From the NCBI GenBank assembly GCA_963828255.1, contig CAWHDZ010000012.1, forward strand, positions 1-64,000: a stretch of 64,000 bases of DNA, read 5' to 3'. The notes under the pieces were generated by a model, which saw nothing but the letters and a program-made list of their open reading frames with translations, ran no database searches and was not told the DNA's origin. How positions within the stretch are numbered: the first letter of the stretch is position 1; each line of letters opens with the position of its first letter. The stretch is from an uncultured delta proteobacterium (GTDB lineage: Bacteria > Myxococcota > Myxococcia > Myxococcales > Anaeromyxobacteraceae). Below, one piece after another: positions 52,020 to 62,097 of the stretch. Made by a program: the position numbers and the translations under genes.

Positions 52020-54521
52020 ATGACCTCCATGAACGAGCGGTACGAGCCCAGGTCCATCGAGCCGCGCTGGCAGAAGCGCTGGGACGAAGCCGGTGTCTTC
52101 AAGGCCGGCCGCCGCGCCGGGGCCGAGAAGCGCTACGTCCTCGAGATGTTCCCGTACCCGTCCGGCGCCATGCACATGGGGCACGCGCGGGTCTACACCA
52201 TCGGCGACGCGCTGGCCCGGCTCCTGCGCATGCGCGGGTACGACGTGCTCCACCCCATGGGCTTCGACGCGCTGGGGCTCCCGGCCGAGAACGCCGCGCT
52301 CAAGGACGGGCGCCATCCCGCCGAGCGCACCCGCGAGAACATCGTCTCCTTCCGCGAGGACATGAAGCGGGCCGGGTTCGCCTTCGACTGGGAGCGCGAG
52401 TTCGCCACCTGCGACCCCGAGTACTACCGCTGGAACCAGTGGTTCTTCCTGCGCATGCTCGAGAAGGGGATCGTCTACCGGCGCCAGGGCAAGGCCAACT
52501 GGTGCACCGGTTGCAACACCGTCATCGCCAACGAGCAGGTGGTGGACGACGACCTCTGCGAGCGCTGCAACTCGCCGGTCGAGGAGAAGGTCATCCCGGA
52601 GTGGGCCTTCCGCATCACCGACTACGCCGACGACCTGCTCGAGGGGCTGGACGGCCTGCGCGAGTGGCCCGAGCGCATCACCACCATGCAGCGCAACTGG
52701 ATCGGGCGCAGCCAGGGGGCCGAGGTCGACTTCGCCGTGGCCGGCCAGGCGGAGCCCATCCGCGTCTTCACCACCCGTGTGGACACCATCTTCGGCTGCA
52801 CCTACGTGGTGCTGGCGCCCGACCACCCGCTCACCGCCCGGCTCACCACCCCGGAGCGGAAGGCGGAGGTGCAGGCCTTCGTCGAGCGGATGGCCCGCAT
52901 CGACCCGGCCGGACGCACCGGGGAGGACGCGCCCAAGGAGGGGGCCTTCACCGGGTCCTTCGCGGTGAACCCGTACAGCGGCGAGAAGGTCCCGGTCTGG
53001 ATCGCCAACTTCGTGCTGGCCGGGTACGGGACCGGGGCCGTCATGAGCGTCCCGGCCCACGACCAGCGCGACCTCGAGTTCGCCCGCACGTACGGGCTCC
53101 CCGTTCGCGTCGTCGTCCAGCCCGCCGGGGGGGAGCGCCTCCCGGCCGGCGACCTGCTCGGGAAGGCCTTCACCGAAGACGGGGTGCTGGTCGACTCCGG
53201 GTCGTTCACCGGCCTCCCCGGCGAGGAGGCGCGCCGGCGCATGTCGGCGCTGGCCGCGGAGAAGGGGTTCGGCGAGCCCTCGGTGAAGTACCACCTGCGC
53301 GACTGGGGCTTCAGCCGCCAGCGATACTGGGGAACGCCCATCCCCATCGTCTACTGCCCCGACCACGGGGCGGTGGGCGTCCCCGACGCCGACCTGCCGG
53401 TCACGCTGCCGCCCGAGGCCATCATCACCGGGACCGGCGAGCCTCCGCTGGCCAAGGTGCCGGCCTTCGTGAACACCACCTGCCCGACGTGCGGAAAGCC
53501 GGCCCGGCGCGAGACCGAGACCATGGACACCTTCGTGGACTCGTCCTGGTACTACGCGCGCTATCTGTCGCCCCGCGACGCCGAGCGCCCCTTCGGCCAG
53601 GCCGAGGCGCGCCGCTGGCTGCCGGTGGACGTCTACGTGGGCGGTCCCGAGCACGCGGTGATGCACCTGCTCTACTTCCGCTTCTGGCACCGGGTCATGG
53701 AGCAGCTCGGGCTGGTCTTCGAGAAGGAGCCGGTGAAGCGTCTGGTGACCCAGGGGATCGTGAACGGCCCCGACGGCCGGAAGATGTCCAAGCGCTGGGG
53801 CAACGTGGTCCAGCCCGGCCCCATCATCGACCGCTTCGGCGCCGACACCATGCGCATGTTCATGCTCTTCGCGGCCCCGCCCGAGAAGGACATCGACTGG
53901 TCCGACGAGCAGGTGGACGGGATGTTCCGCTTCCTGTCGCGGGTCTGGCGCATCTTCCACGGGCGCCAGGAGACCTTCCAGGTCCCCGACCGGGTGCTCG
54001 CCGACGCCGCCGGCCCGTTCCTCGAGCTTCGCCGCAAGACCCACCGCACCATCAAGCGGGTCACCGAGGGGCTGGAGGGCGACCTCAAGTTCAACACCTC
54101 CATCGCCGCGCTCATGGAGCTCGTGAACGAGCTCTACGCCCTCGAGCCTTCCACCGACGCGGATCGCGCCGCGGTGAGGGAGGCGCTCGTCGCGGTGGCG
54201 GCCATGCTGGCCCCGTTCGCCCCGCACGTCGCCGAGGAGCTCTGGCACGAGGTGCTCGGCCCCGCCGTGCGCGGCCAGCTCCTCGCCGAGTCGCCCTGGC
54301 CGTCCTACGACCCGGCGCTGGTCGTCGCCGACGTGGTCACCATCGCCGTGCAGGTGAACGGCAAGCTGCGCGGGGAGGTCCAGGCGCCGCTCTCGGCCGG
54401 CGAGGCCGAGGTGCGGGAACTGGCCCTCCAGGAGGAGCGGGTGAAGGCCCACCTGGCCGGTAAGACCGTCCGCAAGGTGGTCTTCGTTCCCAGGCGGCTC
54501 ATCAACTTCGTGGTCACATGA
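52020..54521 (+). CDS. leuS: Leucine--tRNA ligase
   Basis: MFPYPSG, HMGH, SRQRYWG, KMSKR, QVNGKLR. Confidence 0.97.
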   Translation: MTSMNERYEPRSIEPRWQKRWDEAGVFKAGRRAGAEKRYVLEMFPYPSGAMHMGHARVYTIGDALARLLRMRGYDVLHPMGFDALGLPAENAALKDGRHPAERTRENIVSFREDMKRAGFAFDWEREFATCDPEYYRWNQWFFLRMLEKGIVYRRQGKANWCTGCNTVIANEQVVDDDLCERCNSPVEEKVIPEWAFRITDYADDLLEGLDGLREWPERITTMQRNWIGRSQGAEVDFAVAGQAEPIRVFTTRVDTIFGCTYVVLAPDHPLTARLTTPERKAEVQAFVERMARIDPAGRTGEDAPKEGAFTGSFAVNPYSGEKVPVWIANFVLAGYGTGAVMSVPAHDQRDLEFARTYGLPVRVVVQPAGGERLPAGDLLGKAFTEDGVLVDSGSFTGLPGEEARRRMSALAAEKGFGEPSVKYHLRDWGFSRQRYWGTPIPIVYCPDHGAVGVPDADLPVTLPPEAIITGTGEPPLAKVPAFVNTTCPTCGKPARRETETMDTFVDSSWYYARYLSPRDAERPFGQAEARRWLPVDVYVGGPEHAVMHLLYFRFWHRVMEQLGLVFEKEPVKRLVTQGIVNGPDGRKMSKRWGNVVQPGPIIDRFGADTMRMFMLFAAPPEKDIDWSDEQVDGMFRFLSRVWRIFHGRQETFQVPDRVLADAAGPFLELRRKTHRTIKRVTEGLEGDLKFNTSIAALMELVNELYALEPSTDADRAAVREALVAVAAMLAPFAPHVAEELWHEVLGPAVRGQLLAESPWPSYDPALVVADVVTIAVQVNGKLRGEVQAPLSAGEAEVRELALQEERVKAHLAGKTVRKVVFVPRRLINFVVT

Positions 54522-55000
54522 GCCGCTCCGGGATCGCAGCCGTCCTCGCCGTGCTCGCCTCGGGGTCGGGCTGCGGCTACGCGGTCGGCTCGGGCGCGGC
54601 CCGGCTCCCCTCCGGCGCCGGCCCGGTCTTCGTGGCTCCCCTCGAGAACCGCACCGCCGACGCGGAGGCGGGCGCGCTGGTGGCGGCGGCGCTGCGGGAG
54701 GAATTCTCGCGTCGCGGCGTCGCGGGAGGGGAGGGCTCCTCGACGCGCATCGAGGGAACGGTCACGCGCGTGTCGTCGTCGCCGCTCACCACGCAGGGCG
54801 GGACCTGGCGACTCGCCTTCGAGGTCGAGGCGCGCCTCGTGGTGGACGGCCGGGAGGCCGCCCAGGTCAGGTCGCGTCGCGAGGTGGACTACCTGGGCGA
54901 GGTGGACGCAGTCGCCACGGAGGGGCGGCGCAGGCTTGCCATCCGGCGGGCGGCCAGCGAGGCCGCCCGGGAGATCGTCGAGCGGCTCGAGGCTCCGTAG
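54518..55000 (+). CDS. lptE: LPS assembly lipoprotein LptE
   Basis: GCGY lipobox; directly downstream of leuS. Confidence 0.8.
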   Translation: MSRSGIAAVLAVLASGSGCGYAVGSGAARLPSGAGPVFVAPLENRTADAEAGALVAAALREEFSRRGVAGGEGSSTRIEGTVTRVSSSPLTTQGGTWRLAFEVEARLVVDGREAAQVRSRREVDYLGEVDAVATEGRRRLAIRRAASEAAREIVERLEAP

Positions 55001-55017
55001 AGCCCGAACCCGTTGCG

Positions 55018-55290
55018 CTACTTCGCCGCAGCGCCCTTGTGGAGGGCCTTGGCGAGGCGCGAGATCTTCCGCGATGCGGTGTTGCGGTGGACCACGCCCT
55101 TCGACGATGCCTTGTCGATGGCCCGGGCGGCGGTCTTGAAGGCCTCCTGGGCTGCGGCGACCTCGCCGCGCTCCAGCGACTCGCGGACCGACTTCACGGC
55201 GGTCTTCACGCGGGTGCGGACGCCCTGGTTGCGGGCGCGGCGCTTCTGGGTCTGGCGATTTCGCTTCTCGGCGGAGCGGGTGTTTGCCAA
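55018..55290 (-). CDS. rpsT: 30S ribosomal protein S20
   Basis: ANTRSAEKR, IDKASSKGVVHRNTASRKISRL; TTG start. Confidence 0.96.
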   Translation of the reverse strand: MANTRSAEKRNRQTQKRRARNQGVRTRVKTAVKSVRESLERGEVAAAQEAFKTAARAIDKASSKGVVHRNTASRKISRLAKALHKGAAAK

Positions 55291-55616
55291 GTGTGCTTCT
55301 CCCTTGGGGGTTCTCGAAGGTCGCGGTTTCTACCGCTCGGCTTGCTGCCCGTCAAGCCTTTTGGCGCACCACATTTCCTGACGACACGCCGAGTTATCCA
55401 CCGCTGGGATTCTGGAGCGGTCAAGGCACCCCGACGGGATGCGAGCCCGAATTGCAGGCTGGACCAATGACATGCAAACCCATGAAATCATTGAATACAT
55501 ATGGATTGTTGGAGCTTTTCATCGTGTGTCAAGGAGGTGTCGTCGACCGGGAGCGACCGTGACCCGCCTTTTTCATCCACGTACTTTCCACAAAGGGCGG
55601 GGGACCAGCCAAAGGG

Positions 55617-56465
55617 TCAAGAAGTGCCCGACGTTCGTCGGGAAACCGCCTTCGCCTCGTCCCAGAGCCGGTCCATCTCCTCGAGGGTTGCCCCCCCGTG
55701 GGAAACCCCGCGGGCCGCCAGCGCCTCCTCGACGTACTCGAAGCGAGAAACGAATTTTCGGAGCGTTCCCCGCAGCGCCTCCTCCGGGGGAATCGAGAGC
55801 TTCCGGGCCAGGTTCGCCGCCGCGAAGAGCAGGTCCCCGAGCTCGTCCTCCATCCGCGCGCGGTCACCCGACGCGATGGCCTCGTCGAGCTCCCCCAGTT
55901 CCTCGGCCACCTTGGCGCGGGCCCCTGACGCGTCGGGCCAGTCGAAGCCGACCCGGCTCGCCTTCTCGGTGAGCCGCTCGGCCCGCGCCAGCGCCGGGAG
56001 TTCGCGCGGCACGCCCTCGAGCACGCTCTTCCCGCGCCCCTTCGCCTGGTTCTCCTTCTTCTTGAGCGCGGCCCACTGACGCAGCACACCGTCGGCGTCG
56101 GTGATCTCCGGGGCGTCAGGATCGGGGCGGGCGTCGGCGCTGCGCGCGCCCGGGCCGAAGACGTGGGGATGGCGGGAGAGCAGCTTCTCCGAGATGGCGT
56201 CGGCGACGCCGGCGAAGTCGAAGAGTCCTTCCTCCTCGGCGAGCCGGGCCTGGAAGACGATCTGGAGCAGGAGATCGCCGAGCTCCTCGCGATGTGCCTG
56301 CGGGTCGCCGCCGTCGATGGCCTCCAGGACCTCGTACGTCTCCTCGAGGACGTAGGGGCGGAGCGTGGCGAGCGTCTGCTCCCTGTCCCAGGGGCAGCCG
56401 TCGGGCCCCCGAAGGCGGGCCATGATGGAGAGGAGGCGCAGGACGGCGTTCGAGGTCCGGTTCAT
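55617..56465 (-). CDS. mazG: Nucleoside triphosphate pyrophosphohydrolase MazG
   Basis: CPWDREQT, EELGDLL, RHPHVF, GFDW, ELGDLLF. Confidence 0.95.
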   Translation of the reverse strand: MNRTSNAVLRLLSIMARLRGPDGCPWDREQTLATLRPYVLEETYEVLEAIDGGDPQAHREELGDLLLQIVFQARLAEEEGLFDFAGVADAISEKLLSRHPHVFGPGARSADARPDPDAPEITDADGVLRQWAALKKKENQAKGRGKSVLEGVPRELPALARAERLTEKASRVGFDWPDASGARAKVAEELGELDEAIASGDRARMEDELGDLLFAAANLARKLSIPPEEALRGTLRKFVSRFEYVEEALAARGVSHGGATLEEMDRLWDEAKAVSRRTSGTS

Positions 56466-56491
56466 CGCCGGTTTCTAGCGCGGAATCCCAC

Positions 56492-58606
56492 GTGCTAGCA
56501 TCCCAATCTCGCGTGAGAATCCCAGCGATCGCCTCCCTCGCCGCCTGGCTCCTGCTCCTCCCGCCATCCCCGGCAGGAGCCCAGGTCCAGGCCCCTTCGC
56601 TCGTCGAGGGGGAGCTCCGCGACGAGGATCCGAAGGCGAAGGCTGCCGCCCGGTCGGGCGAGGCCGTCCCGGAGCCGGCTCTGCCCCCCGAGCCCCTCCC
56701 ACCTCCCCCTGTGGTCCCCTCGCCCTCCGCCGCACCGCTCATCCAGGGGGTGGCGCCGGGCGTGAGCATCGGACCCGAGGAGCTGAAGAAGCTCCAGCGC
56801 CCCCTGCAGCCGGTCGGCATCTCACCCTCCCGGATCGACGAGCTGTGGCAGACGCGACGCAAGGCGAGCCGCGAGCAGGACGGGCCGGCCAGCCGGGCCG
56901 CGGCCGTCTCTCTCCGGGACGCGATGAGGGAACTCGGCATCGCGAGCCTCCCCTGGCACGCCATCGCCGAGGTGCGCGACGCGGAGCGGTCGCTGCGCAC
57001 CCGGGCCGTGGACGACGCCGTGGAGCACGCGTCCACCGCGGTCGTGCTCGCCCCCGACCTGCCCGAGCCGCACCTCGCGCTGGCGCGGGCCCGCATCACC
57101 GCAGAGCCCGCTCGGCCGCTCCCCGCGCTCGCGGCGGCCTGGGCCGGCCTCGTCGCCGCCGCACGCGACCCGCACGTGGCGCGGGCGCTCCTGGGCGACG
57201 TCACCGGGGCGGCCCTCGCCGCCCTCTTCGGCGCCGCCGCCGCCACCATCGGCGTCCTCTTCCTCTCCCGGCTGCGCATCTTCCTCCACGACTTCCGGCA
57301 CCTGCCGGTGGTCCGGTCGGGCACGCCGGGTCAGTCCACCGCGCTCGCGCTCGCGCTGCTCGCACTGCCGTTCGTCTTCCGCCTGGGGCCCTTCGCGGTG
57401 CTCCTCGTCGCGTCGCTGGCGGCCTGGGCCTATCTCTCGACCTGGGAGCGCATCGCCATCACCGTCTCGCTGCTCGCGCTCGTGGCCATCCCCGCCCTGG
57501 CCGGGCAGGCCTCCCGGGTCACCGCATGGCAGGGGACGCTGGCCGACGACGTCCACGAGATCGAGGCGGGCTGGCCCACCCCGGAGTTCGTGGCCGAGAT
57601 GAAGGAGCGCTCCAGGCGCGAGCCGTTCCCGGCGACCGCGCTGCTCGCCATCGGCCGCTGGCACAAGCGGCAGGGAGAGCTGGTGGAGGCGCGCCGGTGG
57701 TATGACGCCGCCCTGGAGGCCGACCCGCAATCCGCCGAGGCCCAGGTCAACCTGGGCAACGTCCTCTTCCTCGAGGGGGACCTCGAGGGGGCCAAGGGCG
57801 CCTACCTGGCCGCCGTCGAGCGGTCCAGCGATCTTTCCACGCTCGCGGCCGCCCAGTACGATCTCGGGAAGCTGTACCTCCGGCTCGCCAGCGTGGGGCA
57901 GAGCTCCGAGGCGAGGCGCAAGGCCCAGCAGGCCGACGCCGCCTACCTGGCGCGGTACGGCTCGGACGACGACTTCCGCGCCAACGCCTGGCTGGTGGAC
58001 GCGCTCCCCTCCGCCGACCGGCTGGCCGAGCTGGCCGCCCGCGACCCGGGGCCGCGCGCCGTCGGTGAGGCGGCGCTGCGTCGGGTGGCCGGGCCGCTCG
58101 CCCGATGGGGGTGGCCCCTCCTGCCGCTCGGGCTCGTCGCCTCGCTCTGGGTGTTCGCTCTCCTCGTCCCGCGGCTCGCACCGGCGGCCCCCTGCGACCG
58201 GTGCGGCCGGTCCGCCTGCAGGCGCTGCGACCCCGGGGCAACGTCCAGCTGCGGACAGTGCGTGAACGTGTTCATGCGCCAGAACGCCGTGGACCCGCGC
58301 GACCGCAACCGCAAGGAGATCCAGGTCCGGCGCCACGCCCAGGTCCGGCGCTGGATCGAGCGCGCCCTGGCCGTCGCCGGAGGGGGCGCGGGTCACGTGG
58401 TGGGAGGGCGCCCCCTGCAGGGATTCGTGGTGGTCTTCGCGCTCCTCTTCCTGGGGTTCCTGGCCTGGTTCTGGCACGGGGTGGTTCCGCCTCCCCAGCA
58501 CTCCCCGTACGCGGTGGCGCTGCGCCTCGGCGTGGCCGTTCCCCTCTTCGTGCTCCTCTACGCGTTCGCGGTCCGCGACGCCTTCCGCCGCACGCGGGAG
58601 GACTGA
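56492..58606 (+). CDS. TPR-containing membrane protein with a Cys cluster
   Basis: Signal peptide, TPR-like repeats (AQVNLGNV), TM helices, CDRC..CRRC..CGQC. Confidence 0.75.
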   Translation: MLASQSRVRIPAIASLAAWLLLLPPSPAGAQVQAPSLVEGELRDEDPKAKAAARSGEAVPEPALPPEPLPPPPVVPSPSAAPLIQGVAPGVSIGPEELKKLQRPLQPVGISPSRIDELWQTRRKASREQDGPASRAAAVSLRDAMRELGIASLPWHAIAEVRDAERSLRTRAVDDAVEHASTAVVLAPDLPEPHLALARARITAEPARPLPALAAAWAGLVAAARDPHVARALLGDVTGAALAALFGAAAATIGVLFLSRLRIFLHDFRHLPVVRSGTPGQSTALALALLALPFVFRLGPFAVLLVASLAAWAYLSTWERIAITVSLLALVAIPALAGQASRVTAWQGTLADDVHEIEAGWPTPEFVAEMKERSRREPFPATALLAIGRWHKRQGELVEARRWYDAALEADPQSAEAQVNLGNVLFLEGDLEGAKGAYLAAVERSSDLSTLAAAQYDLGKLYLRLASVGQSSEARRKAQQADAAYLARYGSDDDFRANAWLVDALPSADRLAELAARDPGPRAVGEAALRRVAGPLARWGWPLLPLGLVASLWVFALLVPRLAPAAPCDRCGRSACRRCDPGATSSCGQCVNVFMRQNAVDPRDRNRKEIQVRRHAQVRRWIERALAVAGGGAGHVVGGRPLQGFVVVFALLFLGFLAWFWHGVVPPPQHSPYAVALRLGVAVPLFVLLYAFAVRDAFRRTRED

Positions 58607-58609
58607 TCC

Positions 58610-59752
58610 ATGGCGCTGACCGGCACGCTCAAGGACTTCGGGATCGCCGAGATCCTCCAGCTCATCGGGCAGCAGTCGAAGAGCGGCGTGCTGCACCTCA
58701 AGAACAAGGCCGACGAGATCCACGTGGTGATGTGGATGGGCTCGGTGGTGAGCGCCGAGTACGCCGGACGCAAGGCCCGGGAACGGCTGGGCAGCCTGCT
58801 CGTGCGCGCCGATCTCATCACCCCGGAGCAGCTCGAGGAGGCGCTCTCGGTGCAGAAGCGGACCCTGCGCCGGCTCGGTGACATCGTCGTCGAGCTGGGG
58901 ATGGTGACCAAGGAGCAGCTGCGCGAGATGACCGTGCTCCAGACCACCCAGACCCTCTACAAGCTCTTCCCCTGGAAGACCGGCACCTACGCCTTCGAGC
59001 CCCGGGACGTCACCTTCGACCGCGACACGGTCTCGCCGCTTCGCTGCGAGTCGGTGCTCATGGAGGGCTACCGGATCATCGACGAGTGGCCCATCGTGCG
59101 CCGGAAGATCACCTCGGCGGCCATGACCTTCGAGCGGCTCAAGGAGCTCGACCCCTCGGCGGGGCCCGTGGACGGGCGGGGCCCCCGCGACGGCGAGTCG
59201 GCGGCGCTGGGGAAGAACGAGTGGCGCGTCTACGGGCTGGCCGTGGACGGGGCCACCGTCGAGCGCATCTCCGACCGCTCCCGGCTGGGCGAGTTCGAGG
59301 CGTCCAAGGCGCTCTTCAACCTGGTGAACCTGGGCGTGCTGCGCGCCATCCCCCCCGCCAGCCGGTCCGCGGCCGCGGGGGTGGAGGCCTACGCGCGAAG
59401 CTGGCGGGAGCGGGTCCGGCGCGGCGCTGCCGGAGTGCTCGCCACGGTGGTCATCGCGGTGGCCCTGGCGGCGCTGGTCCTGGTGGTCACGGGCGGCGGT
59501 GCCCCGGGCCGGGCGCCGCTGCGCCCCGTCGACGACAACCGGGCCGAGCGCTTCATCTCGCGCTACCAGGTGGAGCGGCTCCGGGCGGCGCTCGAGGTCT
59601 ACCGGGTGGAGAACGGCGCCTATCCGCAGAGCCTGGAGGCGCTGGTGGAGACCGGGCTGGCGCGGCCGCGCGACCTCCGCTATCCGTGGTCCCAGGCCTA
59701 CGCCTACCGGCGCCAGGGGAACGGGTACCTGCTGGCGCCGCCCGTGGAGTGA
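58610..59752 (+). CDS. DUF4388 protein with MshEN-like motifs, TM helix and GspG-like C-terminus
   Basis: MALTGTLKDFGIAEILQLI..KSGVL; RLGSLLV..ITPEQLEEAL..Q; ALEVYRVENGAYPQSLEALV..PW. Confidence 0.8.
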   Translation: MALTGTLKDFGIAEILQLIGQQSKSGVLHLKNKADEIHVVMWMGSVVSAEYAGRKARERLGSLLVRADLITPEQLEEALSVQKRTLRRLGDIVVELGMVTKEQLREMTVLQTTQTLYKLFPWKTGTYAFEPRDVTFDRDTVSPLRCESVLMEGYRIIDEWPIVRRKITSAAMTFERLKELDPSAGPVDGRGPRDGESAALGKNEWRVYGLAVDGATVERISDRSRLGEFEASKALFNLVNLGVLRAIPPASRSAAAGVEAYARSWRERVRRGAAGVLATVVIAVALAALVLVVTGGGAPGRAPLRPVDDNRAERFISRYQVERLRAALEVYRVENGAYPQSLEALVETGLARPRDLRYPWSQAYAYRRQGNGYLLAPPVE

Positions 59753-59777
59753 GGGGCGCCCCGCCCCAGGAGGACGA

Positions 59778-60773
<996 letters not shown>

Positions 60774-61762
60774 ATCCCCGGGGGTTCCCCGGCCACCGGA
60801 GCACTCCGGGTGAATAGGTCCATGTGGGCGTCGCCGTAGACCTGGCGTGCGGCTTCCCTGTTGTGGACGTCGCAGAGGACCCTGCAGTTCTCCACCGTGG
60901 ATGGCCCGCCCCTCCCGCGTGGCACCACGTGGTCGATCTCCAGCCTCACCTCCGAGCCGCACACGCCGCCCGAATCGACCTTCCACTGGCACTTGCCCGC
61001 GTCCCGCTTGCGAACCTCCCGCTTCACCTTGGGTGGAACGCTGGCCCGCCGCTTCTCCTGCTGGGCGAGCAGGAGGTCCAGCGCGGCGTCGATCACCTGC
61101 TCGTCCGTCGCCCCCGGCTGCACGTGCGATTGCCCCGCCCTGGCCCGCTTCAGCTTCGCGACCAGCGCCCTCGACACGGTGACGTGGATCCGGCTCACCG
61201 TCGAGGTGAGGGGCTCGACGATGGTCCTCACCGGTTCCCGCGCGAGTTCCGGAGGAGCCGCCCAAAGTTCACCCGGATGAACTGGCGAAGTCGTTGATTT
61301 CACTGGGGGCGGGATCTCGGTGACGACCGTCCTCCTCGGCACCACCGCCGCCGGCATGATCTCCACCGCCACCTGCTTCGCCTCCTGCTTCGAGCAGTGG
61401 AAGAACTTCGGCAGCGCCTCGGCCCGGTTTGCCTCGGTCATCACCTTCGCCAGCTGGACGATGCTGGTCAGACACAACCGCCCGTCCCGCAGCGGCTCCA
61501 CGACCTCGGGGAACCGGGCGACGAGCCGGGCCGCCACCTTCCGGTAGTGGGCCGCTCCCCGGGACACCTTCAACTCCCGGAGCAAGTAGTCGAAGAGGTT
61601 GGCGAAGCCAAGCCTCCGGTACGCCCCGGCCCGGTCGAACTCCGAGAGGGCGACGAGGAAGTCCGCGAGGGCGACGTGCTCGCGGTGGAGCAGGTCGGCG
61701 AGACGGCGGGAGGATTCGCGGGCCGAGGACAGGTTCGTGTCGTTCATGGATCCACTGTCTCA

Positions 61763-61970
61763 CGGGAAATTTCGACCTCGCCAAGCGCGCGAGGAAGCCC
61801 GGGCACGCGCCTTTCCGTGCGGAGATCTCGAACCTCGCCAGGCTCATCGATCGCCGCCCCACGGCCCGATGTGGCCGCGTCGCGGGCCTTCCACGCGCGA
61901 CCCGTTCGCGGAACGTGAAATCGTCGCGAAAGGCGTCAAGCACTTTCCATCGCGCTTCCACGCACGACCC
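61763..61970. repeat. Two pairs of imperfect direct repeats upstream of the HNH gene
   Basis: CGGGAAATTTCGACCTCGCCAAGC (61763-86) ~ CGGAGATCTCGAACCTCGCCAGGC (61820-43); CTTCCACGCGCGACCC (61888-903) ~ CTTCCACGCACGACCC (61955-70). Confidence 0.55.
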
Positions 61971-62097
61971 ATCTGCCCGACGGTCCACGCCGCGGACCAC
62001 CGTCCAGCGTCTTGCGTCCGGCGCGGCCTCGCAGGCGTCCCCCGCTGTTCCCCGCCTCCCTTGCCATCCGTCCGCCCCGGTGCGAACCTCCGCCCTC

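Noticed and set aside
50124..54521. Apparent giant overlapping leuS (1465 aa) and asnS (1295 aa) ORFs
   Set aside because: Extensions are stop-free antisense read-through of each other; real starts are near 52020 and 51917.
61763..61970. CRISPR interpretation of the repeats upstream of the HNH gene
   Set aside because: Two different repeat pairs, two copies each, no regular repeat-spacer period and no cas genes.
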